Shown here: piece by piece, positions 12,166 to 23,909 of the stretch
Layout: the number at the start of each line of letters is the position of its first letter
Numbering within the stretch: position 1 is the first letter of the stretch
NCBI RefSeq assembly: GCF_963921235.1
Contig: NC_086108.1
Span: 108,006,001 to 108,070,000 of the forward strand
Direction of reading: 5' to 3'
Source: Mobula hypostoma
Taxonomy: Eukaryota
DNA length: 64,000 nucleotides
The notes under the pieces: generated by a model
What the model was told of the DNA's origin: nothing
The model's input: the letters and a program-made list of their open reading frames with translations, nothing else
Databases searched by the model: none
Position numbers and translations under genes: made by a program

Positions 12166-13249
12166 ATGTGATGGGCTCTTAACCTCAAAACTACTTCATT
12201 ATGGTATTGTTCCTTATTGTCTACCTGCACTGCACTCTTTCTGTAACTGTAACACTTTATTCTGCACTTTGGTACTGATTTTTCTTGTTCTGCCTCAAAG
12301 TATGCGTGCTTTGAAATGATCTGCGTGGATGGCATGCAAAACAAAGATTTTCACTGTACTTCAGAACTAGTGGACAATGGTAGCAAAGTAGTTTGCCAAC
12401 TTGTAAACCCCAGCGGTAGAGACGGGTCTGAGATTGTCCCGGTGTGTGTGATGCGGGACGCTGTTCTCGGAGACTGGCCCAGGTGAGGTCTGGTATGGGG
12501 TAGCAGAGAGTGCACCTGGTGTACCTGTGTTGGCAAGATCTGGTTCACCTGTGTGAAAGGCAGTGAGCGGAGGACAGATGTGTGATAGAAACTGGTTGAA
12601 AAAACTCTCGTCACTGAGAGCTGTGTTTGATTTCCAGCTACTGCTTACTCAGTCTTTGCCAAGATTAATAGCGTCCATTAACACATTGAACACAGAAGAA
12701 TACAGAACAGGAGCAGGCCCTTTGGCCCCCAGTGTTGTGCTGAACCTATTAAATTAGTAATCAGTTGACCAACTAAACTAATCCCTTCTGCCTACACAAT
12801 GCTCACACCCTTCCATTTCCCTCACATTTATGTACCTATCTAAACTTCTCTTAAATGTCCCCAATGTATCTGCCTCTAGCACCATTCCAGGCACACACCA
12901 CTCTCTGTGTAAAATCCTTGCCCCTCACGTCGTCTTTGAAATTGCCCTCTCTCACTTTAAGCACATGCCCTCTGCTATTAATGAGATTTCAACCCCGAGG
13001 AAAAGATACTGTCTGTGTACTCTTTATGCCTCTCATAATCTTCTAAACCTCGATCAGATCTCCCCTCAGCCTCTGACACTCCAGCGAAAACAGCCTAAGT
13101 TTGATCAACTTCCCATTATAACACAAGCCCTGATGAGAGAGGACAGAAGGCCATTCAAGAGAGGGAAGGGGGAGGAGCACCAGAGGGACGTGATGAGCTG
13201 GTAAGAGGAGGTGTGAGAAGAAAGCAAGAATGGGGAATGGTGAAGGGAA

Positions 13250-13660
13250 ACTAGAATTTAGAAGGATGAGAGGGGATCTGATTGAAACATATAAGATTAT
13301 TAAGGAATTGGTCAGGCTGGAGGCAGGAAGCATGTTCCCGCTGATGGGTGAGTCTAGAACCAGAGGCCACAGTTTAATAATAAGGGGTAGGCCATTTAGA
13401 ATGGAGTTGAGGAAAAACTTTTTCACCCAGAGAGTGGTGGATATGTGGAATGCTCTGCCCCAGAAGGCAGTGGAGGCCAAATCTCTGGATGTTCCAAGAA
13501 AGAGATGGATAGAGCTCTTAAAGATAGCAGAATCAAAGGTTATGGGGATAAGGCAGGAACTGGATACTGATAGTGGATGATCAGCCATGATCACAGTGAA
13601 TGGCGGTGCTGGCTCGAAGGACCGAATGGCCTACTCCTGTACCTATTGTCTATTGTCCAT
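13250..13660 (+). mobile_element. CR1 LINE 3' end inserted into a Penelope-like remnant
   Basis: LEFRRMRGDLIETYK...RTRGHSL...NFFTQRVVDMWNALP, with a (tattgtc) tail. Confidence 0.9.
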
Positions 13661-13802
13661 TGAAACGGTGAAGGGGAATACACACAAAATGCTGGAGGAA
13701 CTCAGCAGACCAGGCAGTATCTAGGAAAAGAGTACAGTCAACGTTTCAGTCCACAACACACTGGAGGAACTCAGCAGGTCGGGCAGCATCCGTGGAAACG
13801 AT

Positions 13803-13840
13803 CAGTCAACGTTTCGGGCCGGAACCCTTCGTCAGGACTG
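13803..13840 (-). ncRNA. Intact minimal type I hammerhead ribozyme motif
   Basis: Minus strand cagtc-CTGACGA-agggttccggccc-GAAA-cg-TT-gactg: stem I cagtc/gactg, stem II ggg/ccc, palindromic AACGTT in place of stem III. Confidence 0.72.
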
Positions 13841-14381
13841 AAGAGGGAGGGGGCAGGGGCCCTATAAAGAAGGTGGGGGGAGGGTGGGAAAGGGAAGGCT
13901 GATAGGTTCCAGGTGAAAAACCAGTAAGGGGAAAGATAAAGGGGTGGGGGAGTGGAAACAGAGAGAGGATAGGCAGGAAAGGTGAAGAAGGAATAGGGGA
14001 AAACACAATGGGTAGTAGAAGGAGGCGGAACCATGAGGGAGGTGATAGGCAGCTGGGGGAGGGGGCAGAGTGAAATAGGGATAGGGGAAGGGAGGGGGAG
14101 GGAATTACCAGAAGTTGGAGAATTCTAAGTTCATACCAAGGGGCTGGAGACTACCTAGACAGTATATGAGGTGTTGCTCCTCCAGCCTGAGTTTAACCTC
14201 AACATGGCAGTAGAGGAGGCCATGTACGGACGTATCCGAATGGGAATGTGAAGCAGAGCTGCTTCCCCTCCCCCACTCCTTTATCTTTCCCCTTACTGAC
14301 TTTTCACCTGGAACCTTCCAGACTTCTCCTTCCCATCTTCCCCCCCACTTTCTTATATAGTGCCTCTGCCCCTTCCCTCTT

Positions 14382-14419
14382 CAGTCCTGATGAAGGGTTC
14401 CAGCCCGAAACATTGACTG
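14382..14419 (+). ncRNA. Minimal hammerhead ribozyme motif (CpG-decayed stem III)
   Basis: cagtc-CTGATGA-agggttccagccc-GAAA-ca-TT-gactg. Confidence 0.6.
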
Positions 14420-15559
14420 ATCGTTTCCAGGGATGCTGCCCGACCTGCTGAGTTCCTCCAGCGTGTTGTGTGTGTTGCTTTGACCCCAGCATCTGCAGAG
14501 TATTTTGTGTTTACGACGTTTCAGTCTGAAACCCTTTGGCAGGATGGTGAGGGTGGGGATGGGGGTTATAAATTTGCAACATAACTTTCTGACTTTCGAA
14601 GTCAACTTGACTTTTGACCTCACATTGCTATTGGCTATTTGCCCTCTCTTTGAATTTTGACCACTGGTGGTGGAAACCATGGAAACAGAATCAGTTTCAT
14701 TGTCACTGTTTATTGGTAGAGCAGGCTCGATGGGCTGAATGGCCTAATTCTGCTCCTACGTCTTATTCCTTATGATCTGTGAAATAACACTGGTCTAGTG
14801 TGAGGTCTTACCATGCACGTCATATGAAGTGAACACTAAGACTTCAAAACATTTGGATCCTTCGGGTACAAAGTAAACTGGCTGAGAAATCAATCCGTGT
14901 ATGCTGATTAAACTTTTTCATTCACTGGGGGTTAGGAGACACAAGCAATAATGTCCTTCCCCCAATGCCCCTGAGCTAAGAAACTTGCTGGGCCATTGGA
15001 GAGGCACGTTAATAGCCAAGCACATATTTGTGGGCCTAAAGCTGTGACAGGCAGAAAGTGGCTTGTGCATTTCTCTGCTAGTTTTATGAAGTGATATTCA
15101 GTGATTTTAAATTGAGTTAGGCGCAGCTGGAGGAGTGATCACTTGCGAAATGGAACTACTCATTTTCAGTGAGAAATACACTTTCAGCAGCGTTAATAAA
15201 AGCAGCAGCGGTTCCCATTCAGGTACATCAGGAACTCTTCCTTCACGGCAAAAGAAGAATCAGTCTCTGAATCTTAATCAGAATCGGTTTTATTATAAAT
15301 GACGTAAGTTGTGACATTCGTTGTTTTGTGGTAGCAGTACACTGCAATATATAAGATAAACCATAAACCTATCCTCAATTATCCTGAAGAAATTTATTAT
15401 TTCCTGAATTAGGGTCTCAGTTTGAAATAGTGACTACTTATTCACTTCCATAGCTGCTGGTTGACCTTCGGAGTTCCTCCAGCATTTTGTGTGTGTTGCT
15501 TCTTATTTCAGATATATTTATATCTATATATATATATGAAATAAGATATATATCGTCAA

Positions 15560-15870
15560 AGAAAAGTACAGCACAGAAACAAGACCTCCAAACCATCTAG
15601 TCCGTGCCAAACCATTTAAACTTCCTTGTCCCATTGACCTGTGCCGAGACCATAGCCCTCCATACCTGTACCATCCATGTACCTATTCAAGCTTCTCTTA
15701 AACGTTGAATTCGAGCTTGCATGTACCACTTGCAATGACAGTTCATCCCACACTCTCATGAACCTCTGAGTGAAAAAGTTTCCCCTCATGTTTCCCTTAA
15801 ACTTTTCACCTTTCACTGTTATCCCATGACCTCTGGTTGTTGTCTCACCGAACTTCAGTGGAAAAAGTCT
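15560..15870 (-). mobile_element. CR1 3' end
   Basis: RLFPLKFGETTTRGHG...MRGNFFTQRFMRVWDEL. Confidence 0.85.
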
Positions 15871-15908
15871 GTATATGTTTGTACTATATATACGTTTGTG
15901 TATATATA

Positions 15909-16221
15909 GTGGGCACGTGGCCAAGTGGTTAAGGCATTCGACTAGCGACCTGAAGGTCGTGAGTTCGAGCCCCAGCTGAGGCAACGTGTTGTGTCCTTGA
16001 GCAAGGTACTTAACCACACATTGCTCTGCGACGACACTGGTGCCAAGCTGGATGGGTCCTAATGCCCTTCCCTTGGACAACATCGGTGTTGTGGAGAGGG
16101 GAGACTTGCAGCATGGGCAACTGCTGGTCTTCCATACAACCTTGCCCAGGCCTGCACCCTGGAGAGTGAAGACTTTCCAGGCGCAGATCCATGGTCTCGC
16201 AAGACTGACGGATGCCTTACT
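15909..16221 (+). mobile_element. Young tRNA-derived SINE of a second family, inserted in (TA)n
   Basis: A-box tggccaagtgg and B-box gttcgagcc; CpGs retained; tatatata on both sides. Confidence 0.8.
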
Positions 16222-16334
16222 TATATATATATAATAAATAGTGCAAAAAAAAGCAAAAATAATGAGGTTGTTTGTGTAAAGAAGAACAACGTAATTGTTA
16301 CTCTGAATTGGATGCAACAGTACCCACATTATAA

Positions 16335-16870
16335 ACACAAGCATTTCTGCAGATGCTGGAAATCCAGAGCAACACACACGGAATGCTGGGGGATCGCAGC
16401 AAGTTAGGCAGCATCAACGGAAATGAATAAACAGTTGACGTTTCAGACTGAGACCCTTCCTCAGGACTGGAAAGGAAGAGAGAAGAAGCCCGAATAAAAA
16501 GGTGCAGGGAAGGGGAAGGAGGATAGCTGGAAGGTGCTAGATGAAGCCAAATGGTTGGGAGAGGAAGGAATCTGTCAGTAGAGTATAATGGACCACAGGA
16601 GAAAGGGGAGGAGGAGGGGCAGCAAATGGAAGTGTTAGGCAGGTGAGGAGAAGAGGTAAGAAGCCAGAGCAGGAAATAGAAGGAGAAGGAAAGAGAAGGG
16701 GAAAAGGAGATTTATGTTCATGCCATCAAGTTGGAGGTTACCTAAATAGAATATAATGTGTTATTCTTCTACCCTGAGAGGGGCCTCAACGTGGCAAAAG
16801 AGAGGCCATGGACCAACATGTCGGAATGGAAATGAGGATAGAAGTTAAAGTGGTTGGGCACTGGGAAATG
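16335..16870 (-). mobile_element. Penelope-like 3' region with a hammerhead-like motif at 16432-16469
   Basis: Minus strand cagtcCTGAGGAagggtctcagtctGAAAcgTCaactg, plus GIY-YIG tail ...LRVEE*HIIFYLGNLQLDGMNI. Confidence 0.75.
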
Positions 16871-17384
16871 ACAGATACAGGAAGCACTAATGCAGGGAAA
16901 TTAAAAACCTATGGTTTAGGACGAGACTCTCCAACAGAAGCTGCAGCACTACAATAGCTGTTTCAGGATTGAAGACAATGTGTGTCCTCTAAGCCTTGGC
17001 CGTAGAATGTCCGCTCTCTAAACTCCAACAAAGTATATATTCTGGATCAGAATGTGCAGTCTCTGTCAATGCATTGCGATCCATTTGAATTGCAAATATT
17101 TGGCTGTTTGGTGAACGAGTTTGGAGACTTTTTTTCAGGCCTTGCAAATCCTCAACAGCTGTGGTTTTCTTTTTATTGCAGTTTAATGCAAGGCAGCTTT
17201 TGCCTTTTGACAAGTACCTACTCTTCCCCCCCCCCACCACCCCGCCCCCTCCTCTCCTGCCGTTTGGATTAAGTTTCATCTGAGAGGCCAGTCTTTACAT
17301 GGGGAGTTTTCAGCAGGTACTGCAGGGAAACTGTTTTCATGGCTCAAAACAAGCCTGCTTCTTGGCTGACAATCTCTCATTCTG

Positions 17385-17552
17385 TCTGTCTCTGTCCCTC
17401 CATCTGTCTCATCTCTCTCTCTCTCTCTCTGTTCATCTCTCTCTCACTCTCTTGCCCTCTCTGTCTCTCTTTTACCTGTATTTCTCCTCTCTCTCTCTCT
17501 CTCTCACACACACACTCTCACTTTCTCTCACACTCTCTCTTGCTCTTTCTCT
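17385..17552. repeat. (CT)n-rich microsatellite
   Basis: Direct inspection. Confidence 0.9.
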
Positions 17553-17775
17553 CATGATCGCTTTTAGGAACAGCTTCTTCTGCTCTGCCATCAGATGTCT
17601 GAGTAGTCCACGAATCCATGAACTCTACCTCACTATTCCTCTTTGCACTCCATTTATTTTATCGTAATATTTATGTATTGCACTGAATTGCTGCCGTAAA
17701 ACAACAAATTTCACCACATATGTCAGTGATAATAAATAAGATACTGATTCCCTCTCTCACCCACATGGCACGCGT

Positions 17776-17776
<1 letters not shown>

Positions 17777-17825
<49 letters not shown>

Positions 17826-17970
17826 CACACGTACACGCTCACACACACACACATGCACACACACATACGCTCACACTCACATACACGCTCACACACACGC
17901 TCACACTCATACACACGCTCACACACACACACGCGCGCATGCACACACATGGGCACGCACACACGCACAC
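17777..17970. repeat. (CA)n compound microsatellite
   Basis: Pure (CA) run to about 17821, then degenerate cacgct/cata variants. Confidence 0.95.
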
Positions 17971-18444
17971 ATCTGCCACTTCAACTGCATAGCTGTTGAG
18001 AGTGGGAGCTACAGCCAGTTGCTTTAGCCTCCTCCCTCACGGTCAATTCCCTTCCCAGTGCCCTGACCAACTGTTGCACTCTGAGTCCTGCCATTAGGTC
18101 AAGAACATGCATGCTCAGCAAGTGCCAGAGTTGAGACCTTGTGGTCCGTATTGATTGAGAAGGAGGGAACAAGCTGCTTATTGTAGAGGGCTGCTCACAG
18201 GGACAGGGGGTGGGTGGGTCCGTCAATAACCATACTTGAACTGTGACAATGAGAAACCCAGCAGCTGGTTTCTGCCCTGCAAGTTCTCCGAAACACAACT
18301 GTAACAGAGGCTTAACATTATACAGCCTGGAAGTAGGCCCTTTGGCTTAACTCGTCCAGGCCACACTAAAGTCACACTTGCCTGTCTCTAACCGACATCC
18401 TCTCAGCTTTACTTTCCATGTAGCTGATCAAATGCCTTTTAATT

Positions 18445-19503
18445 CTGGTCAAATCATTTTGAGAAGGATGTGGAAGCTTTAGGGAAGAAGCAGAGGAGAT
18501 TGGCCAGAATGCTGCCTGGATTAGAAAGCATGTCTTATGAAGATAGGTTGAGGGAGCAAGGGCTTTTCTCTTTGGAGCAAAGGAGGATGCAAGGTGCCTT
18601 GCTAGCAGTGTATAAGATGATGAGAAGCACAGACAGAAGGGACAGCAAGAGATATTTACCCAGGACAGAAACAGCTCATATAAGAGGGCTTAATTTAAAG
18701 TTGATTGGAGGAAAGTATGGGGGAACATGGGATGTTGGAGGTAGGTTTTTTTCTTACACAGAGAGTGGTGAGGGCGGGGATATAGTATACAGTGTCATAT
18801 GCATAAGTTCATTGAGGTATAGTGAAAACCCTGCCAGAGCCGCAGCATTGCAGGCATGAAGATACAGACAGTGCACAGAATATAAATTATACAAGACAGT
18901 AAAAAGAAAAAAAAGACTGGGAAATTAGTATCATCTTCGCCTTTGCCGCGAGGCATGGATTTCCTGATGGCTGCCCATTTTGATTTTGCATCCTATTCCT
19001 ATTCCGACACGTCGAAAAGATGAGCTGTCATTGGAAAAGGTCCAGAGGGGGTTCACGAGAATAATCCCAGGAATGAAAAGGTCAATGTTCGAGGAGCGTC
19101 TGAAGGCTTCAGGCCTGTACTCGCTGGAGTTTAGGAAAATGAGGGGGGAAAGCGATCAAATATTGAAAGCCCTTGATAGAATGGATGTGAAGAGGTTGAT
19201 TCCTTGTGGTGGGTAAGTCTAGAACCAGAAGGATATCCATTTGGAACAGAGATGAGGAAAAACATCCTTAGCCAGAGGTGGTGAATCTGTGGAATACATT
19301 GCCACAGACAACTATGCAGGCCAAGTCATTGGGTATATTTAAGGCAAAGGTTGAAAGATTCTTGATTAATCAGAGAGTCAAAGGTTACGGGATAAGACAG
19401 GAGAATGGGATTGAGTGGGATAATAGATCAGCCAAGATGGAATTGCAGAACAGATTGGATAGGTCAAATGGCTTGATCCTGCTCCTTAGCCTTATGGTCT
19501 TAT
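18445..19503 (+). mobile_element. Two CR1 3' fragments (about 18445-18770 and 19010-19503)
   Basis: RMLPGLESMSYEDRL; LEKVQRGFTRIIPGMK; VNLWNTLP. Confidence 0.8.
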
Positions 19504-19504
19504 G

Positions 19505-20040
19505 TCACTCCATGTCCTCGGCTACTGCCACAATGAGGCCACTCTCAGACTGAAAAAGCAACGCTTCATATTCAGTTTGGTTAACTTCCATCCTAACGGC
19601 TTGGACATTAATGGCACAACTTCCAGTAAATTCCCTCCCTCTCCCCTCTCCCTTCCCTATTTTGCCATTCCCCATTCTGACTCCCCTCTCACCACTTCTT
19701 GTCTCCTCACCTTTCCATCACCTCACTCTGGTACCCCTTCCCCTTCCCTTTCTCCAAGCGTCCATTTGCCCCTCCTGTCAAATTCTTTCTTCAGGCCTTT
19801 ACATCTTCCAGCTATTACCTTCTAGCTTGTCACTTCACCCCACTCCCACTCACCCACCTATCCTCTCACTCGATCTCACCTATCACTTGCCGGCTTGTAC
19901 TCCTCCTCCTCTTCCCACCTTCTTATTCTGTCTTCTGACCCCTTTCCTCTCCATAAAGGGTCTCGGTCTGACAGTTTATTCTTCTCCATAGAGGGCTGCC
20001 TGACCTGCAGAATTCCTCCAGCATTTTGTGCCTGTTGTTT
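19505..20040 (+). mobile_element. Penelope-like 3' region
   Basis: MSLHVLGYCHNEATLRLKKQRFIFSLVNFHPNGLDI (GIY-YIG C-terminus) followed by the pyrimidine-rich UTR and pseudo-LTR end. Confidence 0.75.
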
Positions 20041-20054
20041 TGGAAAAACAAAAT

Positions 20055-20440
20055 TATTATCATCATCATCATGTGCCATGTCATATTGATGTGGGCGATC
20101 ATGGTTTTCATGACCATGACTGTTCCTGGCAAATTTTTCTTCAGAAGTGGTTTGCCATTGCCTTGCCCTGGGCAGCGTCTTTAAAATTCAGGTGACCCCA
20201 GCCATTATCAATTCTCTTCAGAGATTGTCTGCCTGACATCAGTGGTCACTGAATCAGGACTTGTGATACACATCAGCTGCTCATACAACCATCCACCACC
20301 TGCTTCCACGGCTTCACATGACCCTGATTGGGGGACTAAGCAGGTGCTACACCTTGACCAAGGGTAACTTGCAGGCTAGCAGAGGGAAGAAGCACCTTAA
20401 ACCTCCTTTGGTAAAAACATATCTCCACCCTGCCACTCAG
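20055..20440 (-). mobile_element. SINE/LINE remnant with an RTE/BovB-type tail
   Basis: cagaagtggtttgccattgcctt motif and a (cat)n end; partial sister copy at about 40990-41095. Confidence 0.55.
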
Positions 20441-21029
20441 AAAAACAGAATATTAGTGGACAAAAAATAATCAGAGATAAGCCCATGGTGATGCAAGAAG
20501 AGGTCCAGGGTCCTGCTATTTACTATGTCATGCTATCCAGAAGACATCTCTCAGTTGATGTCTGGTTAAGATCTTTCCCTGCCCCTTCTTCCCAATCTGA
20601 TGTGAAATCTCTCAGTGTTGTGAGATTTCTCTTTGCTTTGTGCGATATCATTGCTTCAAAGTTCAAAGCTCAAAGTAAATTTATTACAAAAATACATGCC
20701 TGTAAATATCAGTGATTCTAATAACTGGACATGACAGCATTCAATCAGAGTACTCTGCCATTTTTGCCATAAAACTATTGTTCAAAATAATACTGTGAAT
20801 AATATTATTCTAAATTTCTCCCATGGTCCACTCTCCTCTTCTATCAGATTCCTTCTTCTCCAGCCTATCACCTTTTCCACCTGTCACCTTCCTCCCACTT
20901 ATCTGGCTTCACCCATCATCTTCTACTTTGTCCTCCTACCCCTTCTCCCACCTTCTTATTCTGACATCTTCCTCCTTCCTTTCCTTCCCTCAGCACCTCA
21001 AGAGTGCCGAGGCTCTTGTACCTTCTATC

Positions 21030-21791
21030 TAATAGAAACATAGAAACTTAGAAAACCTACAGCACAATACAGGCCCTTCGGCACGCAAAGTTGTGCCGAA
21101 CATGTCCTTACCTTAGAGATTACTAGGGTTATCTATAGCACTCTATTCTTCTAAGCTCCATATACTGATCCAAATGTCTCTTAAAAGATCCTATCATATC
21201 CGCCTCCACCACCGTTGCCGTCAGCCCATTCCATGCACTCACCACTCTCTGAGTAAAAAACTTACCCCTGACATCTCCTCTGTACCTACTCCGCAGCACC
21301 TTAAACCTGTGTCTTCTTGTGGCAACCATTTCAGCCCTGGGAAAAAGCCTCTGACTATCCACACGATCAATGCCTCTCATCATCTTATACACCTCTGTCA
21401 GGTCACCTCTCATCCTCCGTCGCTCCAAGGAGAAAAGGCCCAGTTCACTCAACCTATTCTCATAAGGCATGCTCCCCAATCCAGGCAACATCCTTGTAAA
21501 TCTTCTCTGCACCCTTTCTATGGCTTCCACATCCTTCCTGTAGTGAGGTGACCAGAACTGAGCACAGTGCTCCAAGTGCCGTCTGACCAGGGTCCTATAT
21601 AGCTGCAACATTACCTCTTGGCTCCTAAATTCAGTTCCATGATTGATGAAGGCCAACACACTGTACGCCTTCTTAACCACAGAGTCAACCTGCACAGCTG
21701 CTTTGAGCTTCCTATGGATTCGGACCCCAACATCACTCTGATCCTCCACACTGCCAAAAGTCTTACCATTAATACTATATTCTGCCATCAT
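21030..21791 (-). mobile_element. CR1 LINE 3' 760 bp with an uninterrupted 220-aa ORF2 C-terminus
   Basis: LYRTLVRRHLEHCAQFWSPHYRKDVEAIERVQRRFTRMLPGL...; (tttctatg)-type tail. Near-identical family copy on + at about 58600-59205. Confidence 0.95.
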
Positions 21792-22999
21792 ATTTGTGGT
21801 AGCAGTGAGAAAAGAGCATGGCCTGGGTGGTGGATATCTCTGATGATAGATGCTGCTCCCCTATGACAATGTTTCATGTAGATGTGCTCAATAGTTGGCC
21901 TGCATCTATTTTGTCCTAAGTGCCTCCAGCATTTCTCTGGATTTCCAGCATCTGCAGACTCTCTTGTTTATTATTCAATTTTTTTTTTCCAGTTTTAGTG
22001 TACCATCATCCACAGGAGAATGTTGAGAAAAACAAGCCACCCTGTAAAAGATCACCTGTGGTCCAAAAATGAAACCGAGCTTTATTTTTCCTTTAAAGAG
22101 AGCCTGTCGTGATTTGTTTCAATGTGTGAATTGGTTCGGCTTTGACCTTTTGATTGCTGCATGCAGTGCATGTTTTCAGCAAATGAACAAAGACAGATAA
22201 ATTAGACACTGTACACGGTTTCATTAAAATGGAGGAATAGCTAATGCCTCTGAGAGTCCATGCCTAGAATTCAGAAAACCAGCACTGAGCATTTATCTTG
22301 CTGTATGGGAGTGAACTGCGGGATTTCATTCATTAGTTGGTGACACAGCTCGAGGTCTGAGGCCTGCTTACGGAAATGCCAGTGGCCTTGTTTTGAGGGT
22401 AGTGAGACAAGTGCAGAGTGACACAAGAGACTGCAGGTCCCGGAATCAAGAGTAAGACATGAGGTGCCGGAGGAACTCGGCAAGTCAGGCAGCATCTATG
22501 GAAGGAATTCGTTCTTCAACATTTCAGATCGAGAGCCTTTATCTGGACTCCACATGAGCCAATTACTACCCCCCCCCCCACCCCCGTCTCCTTCTCACCT
22601 TCAACCTTTTACAGTTGGATAAAGATTTTAACTATGTACTCTTTATCTATGCCTCTCATAATCTTACATAGAACATAGAACGTGGTACAATTCAGCATAG
22701 TACAAGTCCTTCGGCCGATCTGTATAATGATCAATCTAACCCTTCCCTCCTACACAGCCCATAACATAACCCTCCATTTGCCCTACAGCCATGTTCAAAG
22801 TTCAGAATAAATACATTATTAAAGTACAGTACATATATGTTACCGTATACAATTTCATACATCATTTTCTGCGGGTATTACAGAAATAAACAATAGAATC
22901 ATTGAAAACTTGCTCATGACAAAGAAGGACAATTGACCAATGTGCAAAACATAAACAGCACAGATACAAAAGATAATAACAATAAAATTCAAACTCATA

Positions 23000-23495
23000 A
23001 AGGAAACTATATGTTACTATAAATACTAACCTGGTTCAGTTTTAGGGCCAGAGTTCTACAAATTATCTTGCAACTGATCCATTATTACAGATAGGACAAT
23101 CCATAATATCCGTCCAAATATAATAATGCAGGATGAACAAGCAAGAACAATTTACTTGGTAGGTATAACCATTCCAAATACACATAGCATTAAAAAAATC
23201 AGTAAGTGAAAAATACCAGAAATATACTGAATTAAAAGAGGAAATTGAAAGACTATAGAACAGAAACAAGGTATTCATTAGTAATATCTACAACTGGTAT
23301 CATCCCAATGTCACTACACAAAAGCACTAAACAGTTAGGCCTATGTGGCAATATTTATGTAAATCTGCAGAAAGCAACAATACTGAACACCACTAGAATA
23401 GTCTGAAAATTCCTGGCAATTGAGAAATTAGTGTGCTTGGGCTATGCCCATACCTCAGGTTTTACTATCTTGAGCTGAGAAAAAATAAAAATATT
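23000..23495 (+). mobile_element. R4/Dong-clade non-LTR retrotransposon 3' end (restriction-like endonuclease domain), decayed
   Basis: Manual translation across stops and frameshifts: SIITDRTIHNIRPNIIMQDEQARTIYLVGITIPNT...EKYQKYTELKEEIERL...VISTTGIIP...LQKATILNTTRIV*KFL. Confidence 0.75.
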
Positions 23496-23909
23496 AATAA
23501 CAAATAAATAAGCAAGAACCTGAGTTGTATGACTTTTAAAGGTGAGTCCAAAGGTGTCTGTTTTGTGAGACTCTACCACCATCCCCGGTAGTACATTCTA
23601 CGCATCCACCACTCTCAGTGTTTAAAACCTACCTGTGATATCTCTCCTAAACTTTTCTCCACTCTATTTAATAGGATGTCTTCCGGCACTATCCCTTGCC
23701 GCCCTGTGAAAAGGGTACTGGCTGTCCATTACTTGTTTTCTCGACTTTTACCGTGTTATTCCTCAACCTCTTTCACTTCAGGGAAAACAAGCCTATCGAA
23801 TCTCTCCCCATTGCTAGGGTCCTCCAATGTAGGTGAATCTTCTCTGTGTCTTTCTCCATTTCTGGAGAGGTCCCACATGGGAGGTTATTTTAGAAGGTTC
23901 AGACACTAG

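Larger units (their letters stand above)
13752..14515 (-). mobile_element. Penelope-like element 3' part with inverted pseudo-LTRs and GIY-YIG C-terminal remnant
   Basis: About 200-bp inverted repeats (about 13753-13955 vs 14265-14468). The minus strand at 14110-14247 reads HSHSDTSVHGLLYCH...LEEQHLIYCLGSLQPLGMNLEFSNF. Direct flank duplication acgtttcagtc (13741-13751 and 14516-14526). Confidence 0.85.

Noticed and set aside
15909..15985. tRNA gene
   Set aside because: A/B boxes are present but there is no convincing acceptor stem, and it continues into a SINE body.
15616..16377. 253-aa ORF as a gene
   Set aside because: Chance read-through across Penelope, SINE and CR1 fragments.
21129..21791. 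220-aa ORF as a host protein
   Set aside because: It is the C-terminus of CR1 ORF2 in a 5'-truncated copy.
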